DNA of 64,000 nucleotides from an uncultured Armatimonadetes bacterium (GCA_963717145.1 OY970325.1:4000001-4064000); one strand, 5' to 3'. Numbered from the stretch's first letter, positions 1-11,490 are shown. Numbers and translations: made by a program. Notes: a model not told the origin generated them from the letters alone.

Positions 1-927
1 ATCGGCAAGGGTTTCCGCTCGGTCAACGTCGCGCTGAGGAAGGAACTCAACCTCTATGCCTGCCTGAGACCGTGCAAGTACTACCCCGGCATCCGCTCGA
101 AGTATCAGGACGTCGATCTGGTCGTCGTCCGCGAGAACACCGAGGACCTCTATGCCGGCGTGGAGTACGAACTCGACTCCCCGGAGGCCAAGCAGATCAT
201 CGGGATGGCGAACGGCAAGATCCGCGCCGACTCCGCGATCTCGATCAAGCCGATCTCGGTCACAGGCACGCGGCGGATCGTGAAGTTCGCGTTCGAGTAC
301 GCGATCGCCAATGGCCGGAAGATCGTCACGGCGGTCGCCAAGGCCAACATCATGAAGTTCACCGACGGCCTGTTCTACCAGGTTTCTCGCCAGGTCGCAA
401 AGGCATACGGCGCTCAGTTCGAGGATTCGAAGCTGGCCGACGTCGAGCCGGATCCGACGCTCAAGGAAGTCGCGGGCAAGGGATCGCACCTCGTCTACCA
501 GGAGCGACTCGTCGACAACATGTGCATGCAGCTCGTCCAGAAGCCGGAGCTTTACGACGTGATCGCCCTGCCGAACCTCTATGGCGACATCCTGTCCGAC
601 CTCTGCGCGGGACTGGTCGGCGGGCTGGGAGTCGCTCCGGGCGCGAACATCGGCGATGAGGTCGCACTCTTCGAGCCGACACACGGCAGCGCGCCGAAGT
701 ACAAGGGCCAGAACAAGGTCAACCCGACCGCGCTGATCCTCTCGGGCATGCTGATGCTCAGATACATCGGCGAGAAGGATGCCGCCGACCGCCTCGAGAA
801 CGCGGTGGCGAAGGTCATCGCCGAGGGCAAAGATGTCACCTACGACATGAAGCCCGACCGCAACGACCCGACCGCCGTCGGCACGCAGGAGATGGCCGAC
901 GCGATCATTCGAGCGATGGGAACATGA
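1..927 (+). CDS. icd: Isocitrate/isopropylmalate dehydrogenase family protein, likely isocitrate dehydrogenase (5' partial)
   Basis: Frame is open from base 1 ([24 protein letters not shown]...[11 protein letters not shown]); motifs [33 protein letters not shown]. Confidence 0.88.
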   Translation: MGKGFRSVNVALRKELNLYACLRPCKYYPGIRSKYQDVDLVVVRENTEDLYAGVEYELDSPEAKQIIGMANGKIRADSAISIKPISVTGTRRIVKFAFEYAIANGRKIVTAVAKANIMKFTDGLFYQVSRQVAKAYGAQFEDSKLADVEPDPTLKEVAGKGSHLVYQERLVDNMCMQLVQKPELYDVIALPNLYGDILSDLCAGLVGGLGVAPGANIGDEVALFEPTHGSAPKYKGQNKVNPTALILSGMLMLRYIGEKDAADRLENAVAKVIAEGKDVTYDMKPDRNDPTAVGTQEMADAIIRAMGT

Positions 928-1478
928 GACACCTGAATCTGGCAGACCGGTCGGACAGCTTCCTCGTCGTCGTGGATATGCAGGAGCCGTTCCTGCGCAC
1001 GATGTGCGACCGCGAAATGGTAATCGAGAATGCCCGTAAGCTGATCTCCGCGGCGAAGATCCTCGGCCTGCCGGTGCTTGTCACTCTGCAGAACGCCGAG
1101 CGGATGGGCGATACCGTCCCCGAGGTCAAAGAGCTTCTCCCGCCGCATGAACCGATGGACAAGATGTCGTTCAGTTGCTGCGGCGACCCGGAGTTCAACC
1201 GCCGGGTGGAGTCGCTCGGTCGGAAGACCGCGATCCTGACCGGCGTCGAGGCGCACATATGCGTCAGTCAGACGGCGCACGACCTCCTGGCGCATGGGTA
1301 CAAGGTCCACATCCCCGAGGATGCGGTTTGCTCTCGCAGGGAGTCCAACTGGCGGGCGGGCGTCGAGAAGATGCGGCAGTCGGGAGCGATTATTACGAGC
1401 GCCGAGGCGGTCATCTTCGAGTTGCTCGGCTGCGCCGGTACCGACGAGTTCAGGGAGATGCTGAAGGTTGTGAAATAG
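924..1478 (+). CDS. Isochorismatase/cysteine hydrolase family protein (YcaC-like)
   Basis: VVDMQE, KMSFSC and [12 protein letters not shown] motifs; ATGA overlap with icd. Confidence 0.9.
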   Translation: MRHLNLADRSDSFLVVVDMQEPFLRTMCDREMVIENARKLISAAKILGLPVLVTLQNAERMGDTVPEVKELLPPHEPMDKMSFSCCGDPEFNRRVESLGRKTAILTGVEAHICVSQTAHDLLAHGYKVHIPEDAVCSRRESNWRAGVEKMRQSGAIITSAEAVIFELLGCAGTDEFREMLKVVK

Positions 1479-1520
1479 GGGAATGGGGGAATCGCACTGG
1501 TCGCACCTTCATTGAATGAG

Positions 1521-1552
1521 AAAAGGCCGGAGGATATTGCGCCTCCGGCCTT
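1521..1552. terminator. Hairpin between convergent genes, probable terminator
   Basis: AAGGCCGGAGG...CCTCCGGCCTT stem with a flanking A4 run. Confidence 0.6.
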
Positions 1553-1579
1553 ACTTCTGGGTTGAGATCACGATCGCCT

Positions 1580-2083
1580 CTAGCGTCTGCGTCTCGATAT
1601 CAGACCAATGAGACCCACCAGCCCGCCTGAGAGCGCGAGCATGCTCGAAGGCTCGGGAACCGTGGGATATCCCATCACGCCGAAGAGCGCGTTCCTGTTC
1701 AGGGTGTTATCCGTGTAGAACGTGAACGTCACTCCCTCGGTGGGTGCTACTGGATTGCTGGGGAAGTAGTAATCCAAGGTCGTCTCGGCGCCGTTGATAG
1801 CAGTCGTGTACACCGGCTTGCTCATAACCGGCGCCGGTGTCGCCATGATCTTCACGCCGGGGCCGTTGACGATGCTGAAGTGGAAATCGGTCCAGGCAAT
1901 GCCCGTTGTGTTCGTAACGTAGACGAACGCGAATCCCTTCCAAGGATCAGCATCAACGTGGTTTTCGGTCGTCGGCTCCAGAGATGTGAACACCCAGGTG
2001 AACGATCCATCATGCGCCAGTGCCGCCGAACCCATCACCACGAGCACCAGCGTCAGAAGCCAGAGATACTTCCTATTGTGCAT
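1580..2083 (-). CDS. PEP-CTERM sorting-domain secreted protein
   Basis: ATG at 2083 after GGGAGGAAAG; signal peptide ending ALA; C-terminal VPEPSS + hydrophobic helix + RRRR. Confidence 0.88.
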   Translation of the reverse strand: MHNRKYLWLLTLVLVVMGSAALAHDGSFTWVFTSLEPTTENHVDADPWKGFAFVYVTNTTGIAWTDFHFSIVNGPGVKIMATPAPVMSKPVYTTAINGAETTLDYYFPSNPVAPTEGVTFTFYTDNTLNRNALFGVMGYPTVPEPSSMLALSGGLVGLIGLISRRRR

Positions 2084-2318
2084 CTTTCCTCCCTTCGTAT
2101 CGGAGATTGCAGAGGCCCGCTGATGGCTCGCTGTGCCATTCTTGTCGGCCTCTCTCCGATATTGCGGAACCATGGGGAACTGCAGATCCTGGTTCCCCGC
2201 CCAGGTTTCAGAGCATTCGCACAACACAAGTGGCAGCTTGGCTGCCAATGCTCTTTGGCAGTCGGGCCGCAACTGGAGGGCAGGCATGCGCTCTCAGATG
2301 GGCCGACTTCTTGCATCC

Positions 2319-2347
2319 ATCCTAGCTCGTTGTCACCATTCTGTCAA
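2319..2347 (-). promoter_or_regulatory. Sigma70-type promoter for the PEP-CTERM gene
   Basis: TTGACA-N17-TAGGAT on the minus strand. Confidence 0.55.
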
Positions 2348-2400
2348 TACTTCTGCCGCAAATCAGGTAATAATACCGGGTTGTGGCTATCTCACATCGG

Positions 2401-2429
2401 TTGACAATGACGCCGTACATCCCCATACT
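2401..2429 (+). promoter_or_regulatory. Sigma70-type promoter for the lyase gene (divergent pair)
   Basis: TTGACA-N17-CATACT. Confidence 0.55.
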
Positions 2430-2467
2430 GGATACGAACGCCATCTCCCGGCCTGAAAGGATCAGCC

Positions 2468-4409
2468 GTGATTGCACATCCATGCCTGTTACTGAACGAT
2501 TACCGGATCGAGGTCGCCAAGGCCAACATCGACCATCACGAGTGGGCTCAGCAGGTATATCATGAGCTTCAGTTGAGCGCCGACAAGCTCAAGTCGATGC
2601 AGCTCCCGAAGTTCGAGACCGCGTGGTGGCAGGAGGCGTCGAAGAAGCACTACGGCCAGACGCATGCCGTCGTCTACCAGCACACCGCGATCGTTCCGAA
2701 GCCGCCGATCGACCTTGCTTGGCGGTCGGCGCTCGTCTACAGTCTGGGCGGTGAGACGGAGTACGCCGATCGGGCCATACAGGTGCTCCTTCACTACACC
2801 AAGCTTCGGTTTCTCGGAGAGACGCACCCCGATACCGGGCTCTTCTACGCGAGTTGGGGCATATCGGCGCTCCAGGCGTATGACATGCTCCACGACCGAT
2901 TCACGCCGGAAGAGCGCGTCAAGCTCGACGACTTCTTCAAGCGGATGGTCTGGTCGATTGCGGATAACGACGATCTGTGGATCGAGAAGAACTTCGGGGG
3001 CCGCTACAACAACCACATGGCCTGGCACAAGGCGATGATGCTCGCATACGGGCTCTTCTACGGCGAGCAGAGATGGATCGACCGCGCGATGGAGAGCGAT
3101 CAGGGCATCCGCGACCTGATGGAGAACGGCTTCCGGGACGACGGCACGTGGTTCGAGAGCAGCCTGAACTACCACTTCGTCGCATTGACCGCGCTCCTTC
3201 AGTCGGCGGACATGATGCGCATGTCCAAGTATCCGCTCGATCTGTACACGCACAAGTTCGCCGGCGGACGGACGCTCGAGCAGGGGTTCTCGGGGATGCT
3301 GCAGGTCGCGTTCCCGGACACCCTCGTTCCGCCGATCGGAGACACCTACGGCGGACTGACGCGGTTGGCGAACGTGCAGCAATACGAGTACGCGTGGCAG
3401 GCTTACCGGAAGCCGATCTATGCATGGCTGCTCTCACAGACCCAGCGCCGTCCCGATTACTCGATGCTCTTCCGGGAGCACGAGCCCTCTGCCGGAGAGC
3501 CGCCCGCCGTAAAGAGCCGCAACTTCCCGGAGCACGGGCACGTGATGCTCCGGAGCATCGAGGGCAAGGAGTATTGGGGCAGCGACTCGTGGGCGGCATT
3601 CCTGAGCTACGAACTGGACAGCGTCCATTCGCATCGGGACAAGCTCGACTTCATTCTGTTCGGGCGCGGGAAGCTCCTCGCGCCGGATGTCGAGGCGAGG
3701 TCATCGGCGGCGCACGCATTCTCATCGCAGATTCAGGGTGAGTTGAACCGCACGACGGTTTGCCACAACACATTGATGGTCGACGGAAAGAGCCATCAGG
3801 GCATCCGGGAGAAGCTCTCGCTGCTCGAGTTTGCGCGCACTCCCGAGGTGAAGACGGCGACCGCCGCCGACTTGAAGGGCCTCGTGTACCCCGGCGTGAA
3901 GATGCAGCGGACGATCGCTGTGACCGACGACTACGTGCTCGACATCTTCCAGGTGACCTCGGATGCCGAGCACACCTTCGACTGGCTCTTCCATGCGATC
4001 GATGACGACGGGAAAACTGCGATCGAGGGTGACTTCCGGCCGTTCGAGTTCCCGACCGAGCCGCCGTGGACCTGGCTGAAGAACGCTCAGTCGTCGAAGA
4101 TCGACGGCACTTGGCAGGCGGACTGGCGTCAGGGTGACGTACGCTTCCGACTGACGATGGTTGGCGCGCCCGGCACTGAGGTCATCGAGTGCGACTTCCC
4201 GAGGAATGATGCGTTCGCCGCACCGCCGTTCCCGATGCTGATGGCCCGTCGGATCGGCAAGTTGGCGGTCTACGTCGCCCTCTACCAGGCGGAGAAGCAC
4301 GATCTTCCCCCGGTGGAGATATCGGTTTCCGACGCAGGCTGAGGCGCTGAAGGTGACCGTGACGATCGCGGGGAAAACGACGGTGCATACGCTGATGAAA
4401 CGGATCTGA
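2468..4409 (+). CDS. Heparinase II/III-like (alginate lyase-type) polysaccharide lyase; probable frameshift at ~4338
   Basis: NNHMAW, DGTWFESSLNYH, HSHRDKL and HNTLMVDG motifs. ORF stops at 4342 but another frame continues AEALKVTVTIAGKTTVHTLMKRI to 4409. Confidence 0.8.
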
Positions 4410-4437
4410 CCCTCACTACCACACGCGAGGTGAAACC

Positions 4438-6405
4438 ATGTGGCGAATGATTGTTCTACTGATGGTCCTCTGCTGCCTTGGAACAACGATGGCCGAGCCG
4501 CTGCCCGATGACGCCGCCCTGTCGTCGCCGGTGACCCTGGCGATCAAAGGTGAATCCCTGTCCGACACCCTGAAGTCGCTCGAGAAGCAGTCCGGCGTCC
4601 AACTCCGGGCCGCGCGTGATGTCGCCGACCAGAAGGTCACGGTATTCGTGGACGACAAGCCGCTCAGGAAGGTCATGGAGGGGCTCGCCCTCCTGCTGGA
4701 GTATCACTGGACCGCCAAGGACCTCGGGGGCAAGAGGGTCTACGAGATCTGGGAGGACGAGAAGACCAGGTTGGCCCGAGAGGACTGGTTCAACAAGGCA
4801 GTGGCTAAGGCATGGGAGGAACTCGACGCCGAGCTTCAGCGCAAGTCGGAGTTCGCCTCCATGACCGAGGAGCAGTTGAACGACCTGAGGCAGGGCCTCT
4901 CCGCCAAGCTGTCAACGGGATCAGACAGCGCGGCGAGGAAGGACTGGGAGGCGCTCCTGAGCTTCATCAACAATCCTGCCATCGCTCCGGTAGCGCGACT
5001 CTACGGGAAGATGTCTCCCCAGGCGCTGGAAGCCTTCCGCTGCGGCATGACCCTCTATTTCGACTCGCTCTCGGACGAGGAGGCCTGGCTCATCCCGGAC
5101 GACAGCGCCCGCGTGCTCGCGGAGTCTTCTTCCAGCACTATGAGCGTCAACGGCAAGCCGCTGGTCCCTGATGGTGTCAACCTGGAGATCCGCTCGGCTG
5201 CCGGTCGTGAATCCGTTTCCGCAAGCGCGACCGTGGCTCTGCGCATGGGGAACCCATCTGTGCCGTACAGACTGCCCGATGGGAGAGAGTCGGCGTCGTT
5301 CTCGACATCATCTTGCATGTATCCGATCCCCATGTGCCGCAAGACGCTCCAGGAAGCCTATCCTCTGCCGGAGAACCATCTGCCCAGAGATGAGACCGGC
5401 GACCGGAAGGTGACGTGGGAAGTGAGTGAGATCGTCGAGGAGGCGAGTCTAGCCGGCGAACCGACCAGCGAGTCGAGCGCGGTGGCCAACAGATCGGACA
5501 TCCTCGCGCTGCTGCATAGTAAGCTCGGCCTGCAGGTCATCGCCGATCACTACAGCGAGTGGGGATCCTGGTCCGCCGCCAAGGACCGCCCGCTCAAGGA
5601 GATACTCGCGAGCTTCGAGGCGATGTACAACCATGCGAACGTCCGGCCCTGTCAGGCACACTCGGGATGGGACGGCGACTTCCTTTACATGCGGGCGAAA
5701 GATGTCAGGGCCTGCAACCTGCGCGAAATCCCGAACCGGCTGCTCCGACCCTGGCAGGCCGTCGTGAGGAAGCAGGGGTGCCTCGGCCTCAACGAACTCG
5801 GCGAGATCGCCCAGTTGACCGAGGACCAGATGCCATACACCGACTCACGGCTGATGGGGCTCGGGGAGCGGCCGGTCACCAGCCCGGTCCTTCGGCTGTA
5901 TGGATTGCTCAGCCCGAGTCAACGCAAAGAGGCGTTCTCCGGCGGGACGAGCACGGCGGCGTTCACTCCGGCGCAGGCGGATGCCCTGATCAAGCTGCTT
6001 CCGACGCCCAGGTCCAGCATTGGGATCCCGCGCGATCGGCCGCTCGTCGGCATCTACAAAGACGGGTGGCGCGTCGACAAGGATGAGACTCCCCCGAAGT
6101 GGGTCAGCGCCGGTCCGGTTTCGGTAGCGATGAACGATGATGTGACGACGGAGCAGTTCTTCTATGAGGTCAAGACCAGGGGCGGAGGCGGAACATCGTC
6201 GGCAGTCTCGGCGAAGACCCCGCAGGAGGCATGGGATAAGGTCAAGTCCGACCACCCGGAGGCTGCGAAGGAGAACCTCATCTGTGTTCGGTCTCGTGTG
6301 ATCAAGGCTATCGTGAGGTGTGCGGACGGAAGCTCTTCCGAGCAGACCGTTGACCTTCCGTCGCGGATTCCGTACTCACAAGTCGGGGGATCGAACCAGC
6401 CGTAG
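4438..6405 (+). CDS. Secreted hypothetical protein with N-terminal STN/secretin-N-like domain
   Basis: Signal peptide, then LSSPVTL...SLSDTLKSLEKQSGVQL...ADQKVTVFV; RBS GAGGTG. Confidence 0.65.
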   Translation: MWRMIVLLMVLCCLGTTMAEPLPDDAALSSPVTLAIKGESLSDTLKSLEKQSGVQLRAARDVADQKVTVFVDDKPLRKVMEGLALLLEYHWTAKDLGGKRVYEIWEDEKTRLAREDWFNKAVAKAWEELDAELQRKSEFASMTEEQLNDLRQGLSAKLSTGSDSAARKDWEALLSFINNPAIAPVARLYGKMSPQALEAFRCGMTLYFDSLSDEEAWLIPDDSARVLAESSSSTMSVNGKPLVPDGVNLEIRSAAGRESVSASATVALRMGNPSVPYRLPDGRESASFSTSSCMYPIPMCRKTLQEAYPLPENHLPRDETGDRKVTWEVSEIVEEASLAGEPTSESSAVANRSDILALLHSKLGLQVIADHYSEWGSWSAAKDRPLKEILASFEAMYNHANVRPCQAHSGWDGDFLYMRAKDVRACNLREIPNRLLRPWQAVVRKQGCLGLNELGEIAQLTEDQMPYTDSRLMGLGERPVTSPVLRLYGLLSPSQRKEAFSGGTSTAAFTPAQADALIKLLPTPRSSIGIPRDRPLVGIYKDGWRVDKDETPPKWVSAGPVSVAMNDDVTTEQFFYEVKTRGGGGTSSAVSAKTPQEAWDKVKSDHPEAAKENLICVRSRVIKAIVRCADGSSSEQTVDLPSRIPYSQVGGSNQP

Positions 6406-6408
6406 ACG

Positions 6409-6442
6409 AAAAAATCCCCCGGCTCGTGGAGTCGGGGGATTT
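6409..6442. terminator. Rho-independent terminator (U-tract on the minus strand, for csp)
   Basis: AAATCCCCCGGCTC-gtg-GAGTCGGGGGATTT stem overlapping an A6 run. Confidence 0.7.
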
Positions 6443-6461
6443 GTGATTTAGTAGGTGTGTC

Positions 6462-6670
6462 TTACGACGCTACTGCTACTACATTGGCCGCCTGGGACCC
6501 TTCGGCCCTTCGGTGACTTCGAACTCGACGTCCTGACCTTCGAAAAGGTTCTTCCGGCCCGATGTTCCTTCGATAGCGGAATAGTGGACGAAAACGTCAC
6601 CCCCTTCTTCGCGGGAGATGAAGCCGAATCCCTTCGACTCACTAAACCACTTCACTTTGCCGGTTGCCAT
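6462..6670 (-). CDS. cspA: Cold-shock protein (CspA family); one base missing in a C-run near 6497
   Basis: [12 protein letters not shown]1 KGFGFI, RNP2 VFVHY. Adding one C restores the canonical end [15 protein letters not shown]. Confidence 0.92.
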
Positions 6671-6842
6671 ACCAAACCTCCTTTTGGCCGTCAAGCACAT
6701 AGCCGGAACAGGAGGTTTGTAACAGAATACGAAACGCAGTTCGGTCTTATGCACTTGCGGTAATCCAAGCATCTAGCGTGCCTGCTATTACACTATAGCA
6801 CAACCTGTCAGAAATGCAAGGGAAATTCTGCGCGGTTGCTTA

Positions 6843-7208
6843 CTATTTCTCCGACCTTCCCCGTAACTGGCGGATCTCGCCCTCCATTTCGCCGCGCAAG
6901 CGGTCCATTTCATCCTCCATATGCTGGCGCATCTCGTCCATCTGGTGCAGGAGATTGAGGATGACCTCCACTCCCGCGAGGTTCACTCCCATATCCTGAG
7001 TGAGCCGCTGAATCTGTCTCAGTCGCCTGATATCGGCGTCGGAGTACATCCTGTTCTTCCGCCCGATGCGCTGTGGCTTGATCAGACCCATGCGCTCGTA
7101 TAGGCGAAGTGTCTGGGGATGTACCTCGCAGAGTCTTGCAGCTACACTTATCAGGTACAGCGGTTGCTCAGTATCACGTGTATCGTGGGTCTCATCCCTG
7201 TCGACCAC
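6843..7208 (-). CDS. hspR: MerR-family heat-shock repressor HspR
   Basis: PLYLISVAARLCEVHPQTLRLYERMGLIKP...MGVNLAGVEVIL; lies downstream of dnaK-cbpA; GTG start inferred. Confidence 0.88.
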   Translation of the reverse strand: MVDRDETHDTRDTEQPLYLISVAARLCEVHPQTLRLYERMGLIKPQRIGRKNRMYSDADIRRLRQIQRLTQDMGVNLAGVEVILNLLHQMDEMRQHMEDEMDRLRGEMEGEIRQLRGRSEK

Positions 7209-7333
7209 GAATCTCACTTCCCTTCGGAGGAGTCGAGGAGTCAAGGAGCAAAGGAACAAAGGGTCCGGAATCGCCATACATCCCCTGACCCTCAGATCCT
7301 TTGATCCTCAAATCCTCTGATCCTTTGCTCCTT

Positions 7334-8269
7334 CTAGGCCTTCGCAGTCTCAGCGGTCTCCGACAACTCCTGAATGATCTCGCGCTGCCGGTCGTTCAGA
7401 TGCTTCGGCACGGCGATCCTGATCCTCGCATAGAGGTTGCCCTTGCCGGTTCCCCGCAGATGAGGCATGCCCTGCCCGGACAGTCGGAATGTCTGAGTGC
7501 CCTGCGTGCCGGCCGGGAGGGTCATCGTGACCGCCCCCGACAGCGTCGGCACACGGATCTCGCCACCGAGCGCGGCGGTCGAGAACGGCACGGCGACATC
7601 CCGGTAGAGGTCATGACCCTTCCGCTCGAACTGCGGATCATGCTGCATCCTGACGATCAGGTAGAGGTCGCCGCGCTTGCCGGTCGGTCCGGGAGCGCCT
7701 TCGCCCGCGAGCCGGATACGCGCTCCCTCGTCGACGCCCTTGGGGATCTTGACCTCCAGCCTGCGAGGCTGCTCGCCCGGGTTGAAGGCGATCGATATCG
7801 GCTTTGACGCGCCCTCGAATGCTTCTCGGAGGGTCACCTGCATCTCGCTCTCGATGTCCTGGCCGCGGGTGTCTCGTGTCGCGCCGCGAACTCCTCCCGG
7901 GCCGAAAAGCGACTCGAAGAAGTCGCTGAATCCGCCTCCACCTCCGCCGAAATCGAACCCGCCGCCGGGATACTGCTCGTACCTGAACCCGCCCGGCGCA
8001 CTCGGTCCGCTGGGGCCTCCCGGATAGCCGCCCTGTTCGCCATAGCGGGCAAAATCCTGGCCGAAGCGGTCATACTTCTCGCGCTTCTCCTTGTCGCTGA
8101 GTACCTCGTTGGCCTCGCTGACCTCTTTGAACTTGTTCTCGGCCTCTGCATTGCCCGGGTTCACGTCCGGATGGTACTTGCGCGCGAGCTTCCGGTACGC
8201 CTGCTTGATCTCCTTCTCGGAGGCGTCCTTCTTGACTCCCAGCACGGCGTAGTAGTCTTTGTAATCCAT
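7334..8269 (-). CDS. cbpA: Class B J-domain chaperone (CbpA/DnaJ without zinc finger)
   Basis: J-domain with HPD, G/F-rich linker and DnaJ C-terminal domain; no CXXCXGXG repeats. Confidence 0.88.
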   Translation of the reverse strand: MDYKDYYAVLGVKKDASEKEIKQAYRKLARKYHPDVNPGNAEAENKFKEVSEANEVLSDKEKREKYDRFGQDFARYGEQGGYPGGPSGPSAPGGFRYEQYPGGGFDFGGGGGGFSDFFESLFGPGGVRGATRDTRGQDIESEMQVTLREAFEGASKPISIAFNPGEQPRRLEVKIPKGVDEGARIRLAGEGAPGPTGKRGDLYLIVRMQHDPQFERKGHDLYRDVAVPFSTAALGGEIRVPTLSGAVTMTLPAGTQGTQTFRLSGQGMPHLRGTGKGNLYARIRIAVPKHLNDRQREIIQELSETAETAKA

Positions 8270-8289
8270 GTGTTATCGCCAGCGGGTAG

Positions 8290-8418
8290 CCGGTTGGTGC
8301 GGATTTGTAATCCAGCACCCATTGGCAAACCGGCATCTATGATGCCATTCAGAGCGTCGCGGGATCACAGATCCCCAGATTGCCAATGGGTGCTGGATTA
8401 CAAATCCGCACCAACCGG
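8290..8418. repeat. REP-like doublet, 39-bp perfect inverted repeat
   Basis: CCGGTTGGTGCGGATTTGTAATCCAGCACCCATTGGCAA at 8290-8328 and its reverse complement at 8380-8418. Confidence 0.85.
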
Positions 8419-8444
8419 CCTTGTACTCCCGACTTTGTACTCCC

Positions 8445-10283
8445 TTAGGCCTGCTCTTTGAACTCCGCGTCGATGACGCCTTCCTCGGCCGGGCCGGTTT
8501 CCTGACCGACTCCCACCTCTTCGCCCGGCTGACCGGCTTCCTGGCCGCCCGACGCCGCCTGATACATCATCTCGGAGAGCTTGTACGACGCCTGCTGCAG
8601 GTTGTCGGTAGCCGTCCGCGTCCGGTCGGTGTCGTTCGCATTGAGCGCCTCGCGCACCTCGGTGATCGCCGCCTCAATGGTCGACTTCTGGTCCGCGGGG
8701 ACCTTGTCGCCGAGGTCTGCGAGCAGCTTCTCGGTCGAGTACACCAGACTGTCGGCTCGGTTGCGGGCCTCAGCGGCCTCTCGGGCCTTGTGGTCTTCAT
8801 CGGCCATGCGCTGAGCGTCGGCCACCATGCGGTCGGTCTCATCCTTGCTGAGCCTCGTCGAGCCGCTGATGGTGATGCTCTGCTCCTTGCCGGTAGCCTT
8901 GTCCTTCGCCGACACGTTCACGATGCCGTTCGCGTCGATATCGAATGTCACCTCGACCTGCGGGATTCCCCTCGGCGCGGGCATGATGCCCACGAGATGG
9001 AACCGCCCGAGCGTCTTGTTCGCGTTGGCCATCTCGCGCTCGCCCTGTAGCACGTGGACCTCCACGTCGGTCTGTCCATCGACCGCCGTGGTGAACGTCT
9101 CACTCTTGCGGGTCGGGATCGTCGTGTTCCGCTCGATCAGCTTGGTGAACACTCCGCCGAGGGTCTCGATGCCGAGCGACAGCGGGGTCACGTCGAGCAG
9201 GACGATGTCCTTGACCTGCCCGCCGAGCACGCCGGCCTGAATCGCCGCGCCAACCGCCACGACCTCGTCCGGGTTGACGCCCTTGTGAGGCTCCTTGCCG
9301 CCGAGCTTCTTCACAAGCTCGTAGACCTGAGGCATGCGGGTCGAGCCGCCGACGAGAATGATCTCCTCGATGTCCTTCTCGGTCAACTTCGCGTCGGAAA
9401 TGGAGCGCTTGAACGGTCCGACGGTCTTCTCCAGCAGATCGGCAGTCAGCTCGTCGAACTTGGCGCGTGTGAGCGTCATGTCGAGGTGCTTCGGGCCCTC
9501 CTGGGTCGCCGTGATGAAGGGAAGGCTGATGCTGGTCTGGACGACGCTCGACAGCTCGACCTTCGCCTTCTCAGCCGCCTCGCGAAGTCTCTGAAGCGCT
9601 TGCTTGTCGTTGCGAATGTCGACGCCCTCGGTCTTCTTGAACTCATCGGCGATGTAGTTCACGATCCGCTCGTCCCAGTCGTCGCCGCCGAGCTGCGTAT
9701 CGCCCGCGGTCGACTTGACCTCGAAGACGCCCTCGCCGACTTCGAGTACGGAGACGTCGAACGTTCCGCCGCCGAGGTCGTAAACGAGTATCGTCTCGTT
9801 CGCTTTCTTGTCGAGTCCGTATGCCAGGGACGCGGCTGTCGGCTCGTTGATGATCCTGAGGACGTTGAGCCCGGCGATCTCGCCGGCGGTCTTTGTTGCC
9901 GTGCGCTGGGCGTCGTTGAAATAGGCGGGGACGGTGATGACCGCGTCGGTGACCTTGTCGCCGAGGTAGGTCTCGGCGTCGGTCTTCATCTTCTGAAGGA
10001 TCATCGCGGAGATCTCCTCCGGCGTGTAATCCTTGCCGTCGATGTTGATCCGCCAGTCGGTGCCCATCTTCCGCTTGATGGACGCGACCGTGCGCTCGGG
10101 GTTCAGGATCGCCTGGCGCTTCGCGGTTGCGCCCACGAGGCGCTCACCTGACTTGGTGAATCCGACGACGGACGGCGTGATCCTGCTGCCCTCCGCATTC
10201 GGGATAACTGTTGGTTCGCCGCCTTCCATGACGGCGATGACTGAGTTTGTTGTTCCTAGATCGATTCCTACTGTTCGGGCCAC
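8445..10283 (-). CDS. dnaK: Molecular chaperone DnaK (Hsp70)
   Basis: [25 protein letters not shown] and VNPDEVVA motifs; GTG start after GGGAGGAGG. Confidence 0.98.
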   Translation of the reverse strand: MARTVGIDLGTTNSVIAVMEGGEPTVIPNAEGSRITPSVVGFTKSGERLVGATAKRQAILNPERTVASIKRKMGTDWRINIDGKDYTPEEISAMILQKMKTDAETYLGDKVTDAVITVPAYFNDAQRTATKTAGEIAGLNVLRIINEPTAASLAYGLDKKANETILVYDLGGGTFDVSVLEVGEGVFEVKSTAGDTQLGGDDWDERIVNYIADEFKKTEGVDIRNDKQALQRLREAAEKAKVELSSVVQTSISLPFITATQEGPKHLDMTLTRAKFDELTADLLEKTVGPFKRSISDAKLTEKDIEEIILVGGSTRMPQVYELVKKLGGKEPHKGVNPDEVVAVGAAIQAGVLGGQVKDIVLLDVTPLSLGIETLGGVFTKLIERNTTIPTRKSETFTTAVDGQTDVEVHVLQGEREMANANKTLGRFHLVGIMPAPRGIPQVEVTFDIDANGIVNVSAKDKATGKEQSITISGSTRLSKDETDRMVADAQRMADEDHKAREAAEARNRADSLVYSTEKLLADLGDKVPADQKSTIEAAITEVREALNANDTDRTRTATDNLQQASYKLSEMMYQAASGGQEAGQPGEEVGVGQETGPAEEGVIDAEFKEQA

Positions 10284-10336
10284 TATGTGCCTCCTCCCGG
10301 TGCGTTATTCAAATGAGCCGGCCACTGCGTTCGGCC

Positions 10337-10405
10337 TGTCATTCTGAGCGAAGTGAAGAATCTCCGTGACTGCGGGGAAGATTCTTCACTTCGCTCAGAA
10401 TGACA
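10337..10405. repeat. TGTCATTCTGAGC-type palindromic element in the dnaK leader
   Basis: 27-bp perfect arms TGTCATTCTGAGCGAAGTGAAGAATCT / AGATTCTTCACTTCGCTCAGAATGACA. Confidence 0.85.
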
Positions 10406-10458
10406 CAAGCGCCTCCTGATACTGTCCGGCGACACTACGGTATACTAAGCTTGCCTTG

Positions 10459-10488
10459 ATGATAACACTTGAGTCCAACGTTGTCAAG
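10459..10488 (-). promoter_or_regulatory. dnaK promoter overlapped by an HspR operator (HAIR)
   Basis: Minus strand TTGACA-N17-TATCAT. CTTGAGT-N7-TGTCAAG (10468-10488) matches HAIR CTTGAGT-N7-ACTCAAG at 12/14. Confidence 0.8.
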
Positions 10489-10632
10489 TGCTTTGACAAA
10501 AAAATCATCCATGCCCTGAACAACTTCTCTGATGCAGCCGTGCACCCGCTCAGGCGGGTAACTTATACCCGCGCCCGTCCGGTTCCATTCCTGAGGAAGA
10601 CACGGCGTCACAGATCATGATCCTCCGTCGCG

Positions 10633-10711
10633 GGTGTCATGCTTCGCTCGGCTACTAGGAAAGCCCACACCGTCAGTCCTGAGTGCGCAGTGACGTGCTC
10701 AGAATGACACC
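10633..10711. repeat. Degenerate GTCAT...ATGAC composite palindromic element
   Basis: Shares CCGTCAGTCCTGAGT and CTCAGAATGACA with the elements at 14394 and 47811. Confidence 0.6.
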
Positions 10712-10766
10712 GGCGCGAAACCTTTGACCATCGCAAACCGTCATGGTATTGGAGGATATGATTGCG

Positions 10767-11462
10767 ATGCCGGGAGGAAGAGGACGAACCTGGATACGGA
10801 ATACGCTGATGCTGCTCGTGGCCGCCGCCGTGGTCGTGCCGGTATCGGCATATGGGATCCGTCACGCGAAGGAGGTATCCAAGGAGCGGACCTGCGCCGA
10901 GAACCTCAAGCACATGGGTGAGGCGTGCGCGATGTACCAGTCCGATTGGCATGATGTCCTCGTACCCTACGGCTCACCATTCGCCTGGACCGGTCACATG
11001 TGGCCCGAGTTGTTGGGTCCCTATTTTGTGAAGCTTCCGAAGAATACCTACAAACTGAGCAGACCGGGAAGCTTTATGGAGTGTCCGGCGCTCCCTCCCG
11101 AGGAGCAGGCTTGGGGTATGGACTATGGGATGAACACGGAGTGCGGGGGTTGGATGTCGGGAGGCAAACCGGTTGTTGTTCGGCCGAGCAATGTCAAGTA
11201 CCCGGCCAAGACGATCAGGATAGCCGAGACGCGCTGGCTGGAGACCGGTATGCTCCTCCTTGCTGCACGGCCGAGCGAGTTTAAGCCCGGTGATGATTGC
11301 TGCCGCATGTTCCCGGCTCGGCATCGTGGCAAGGGAAACGTCCTCTGGATCGACGGGCACGTCTCGGCAATGACCCGGGCTCAGTACAACATGCGGGACA
11401 AGGGCCCGTATGATGGCAACATCTGGCTCCGCCTCGAAGGCCCCAAGCCGCCCCTGCCATGA
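10767..11462 (+). CDS. Pseudopilin-like DUF1559/H-X9-DG domain protein, copy 1
   Basis: TM helix + CAENLKHMGEACAMYQSDW...FMECP...YGMN...RHRGKGNVLWIDGHV. Confidence 0.8.
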   Translation: MPGGRGRTWIRNTLMLLVAAAVVVPVSAYGIRHAKEVSKERTCAENLKHMGEACAMYQSDWHDVLVPYGSPFAWTGHMWPELLGPYFVKLPKNTYKLSRPGSFMECPALPPEEQAWGMDYGMNTECGGWMSGGKPVVVRPSNVKYPAKTIRIAETRWLETGMLLLAARPSEFKPGDDCCRMFPARHRGKGNVLWIDGHVSAMTRAQYNMRDKGPYDGNIWLRLEGPKPPLP

Positions 11463-11490
11463 TTCGTGCCAGAGCAAGGACGTGATCGGA

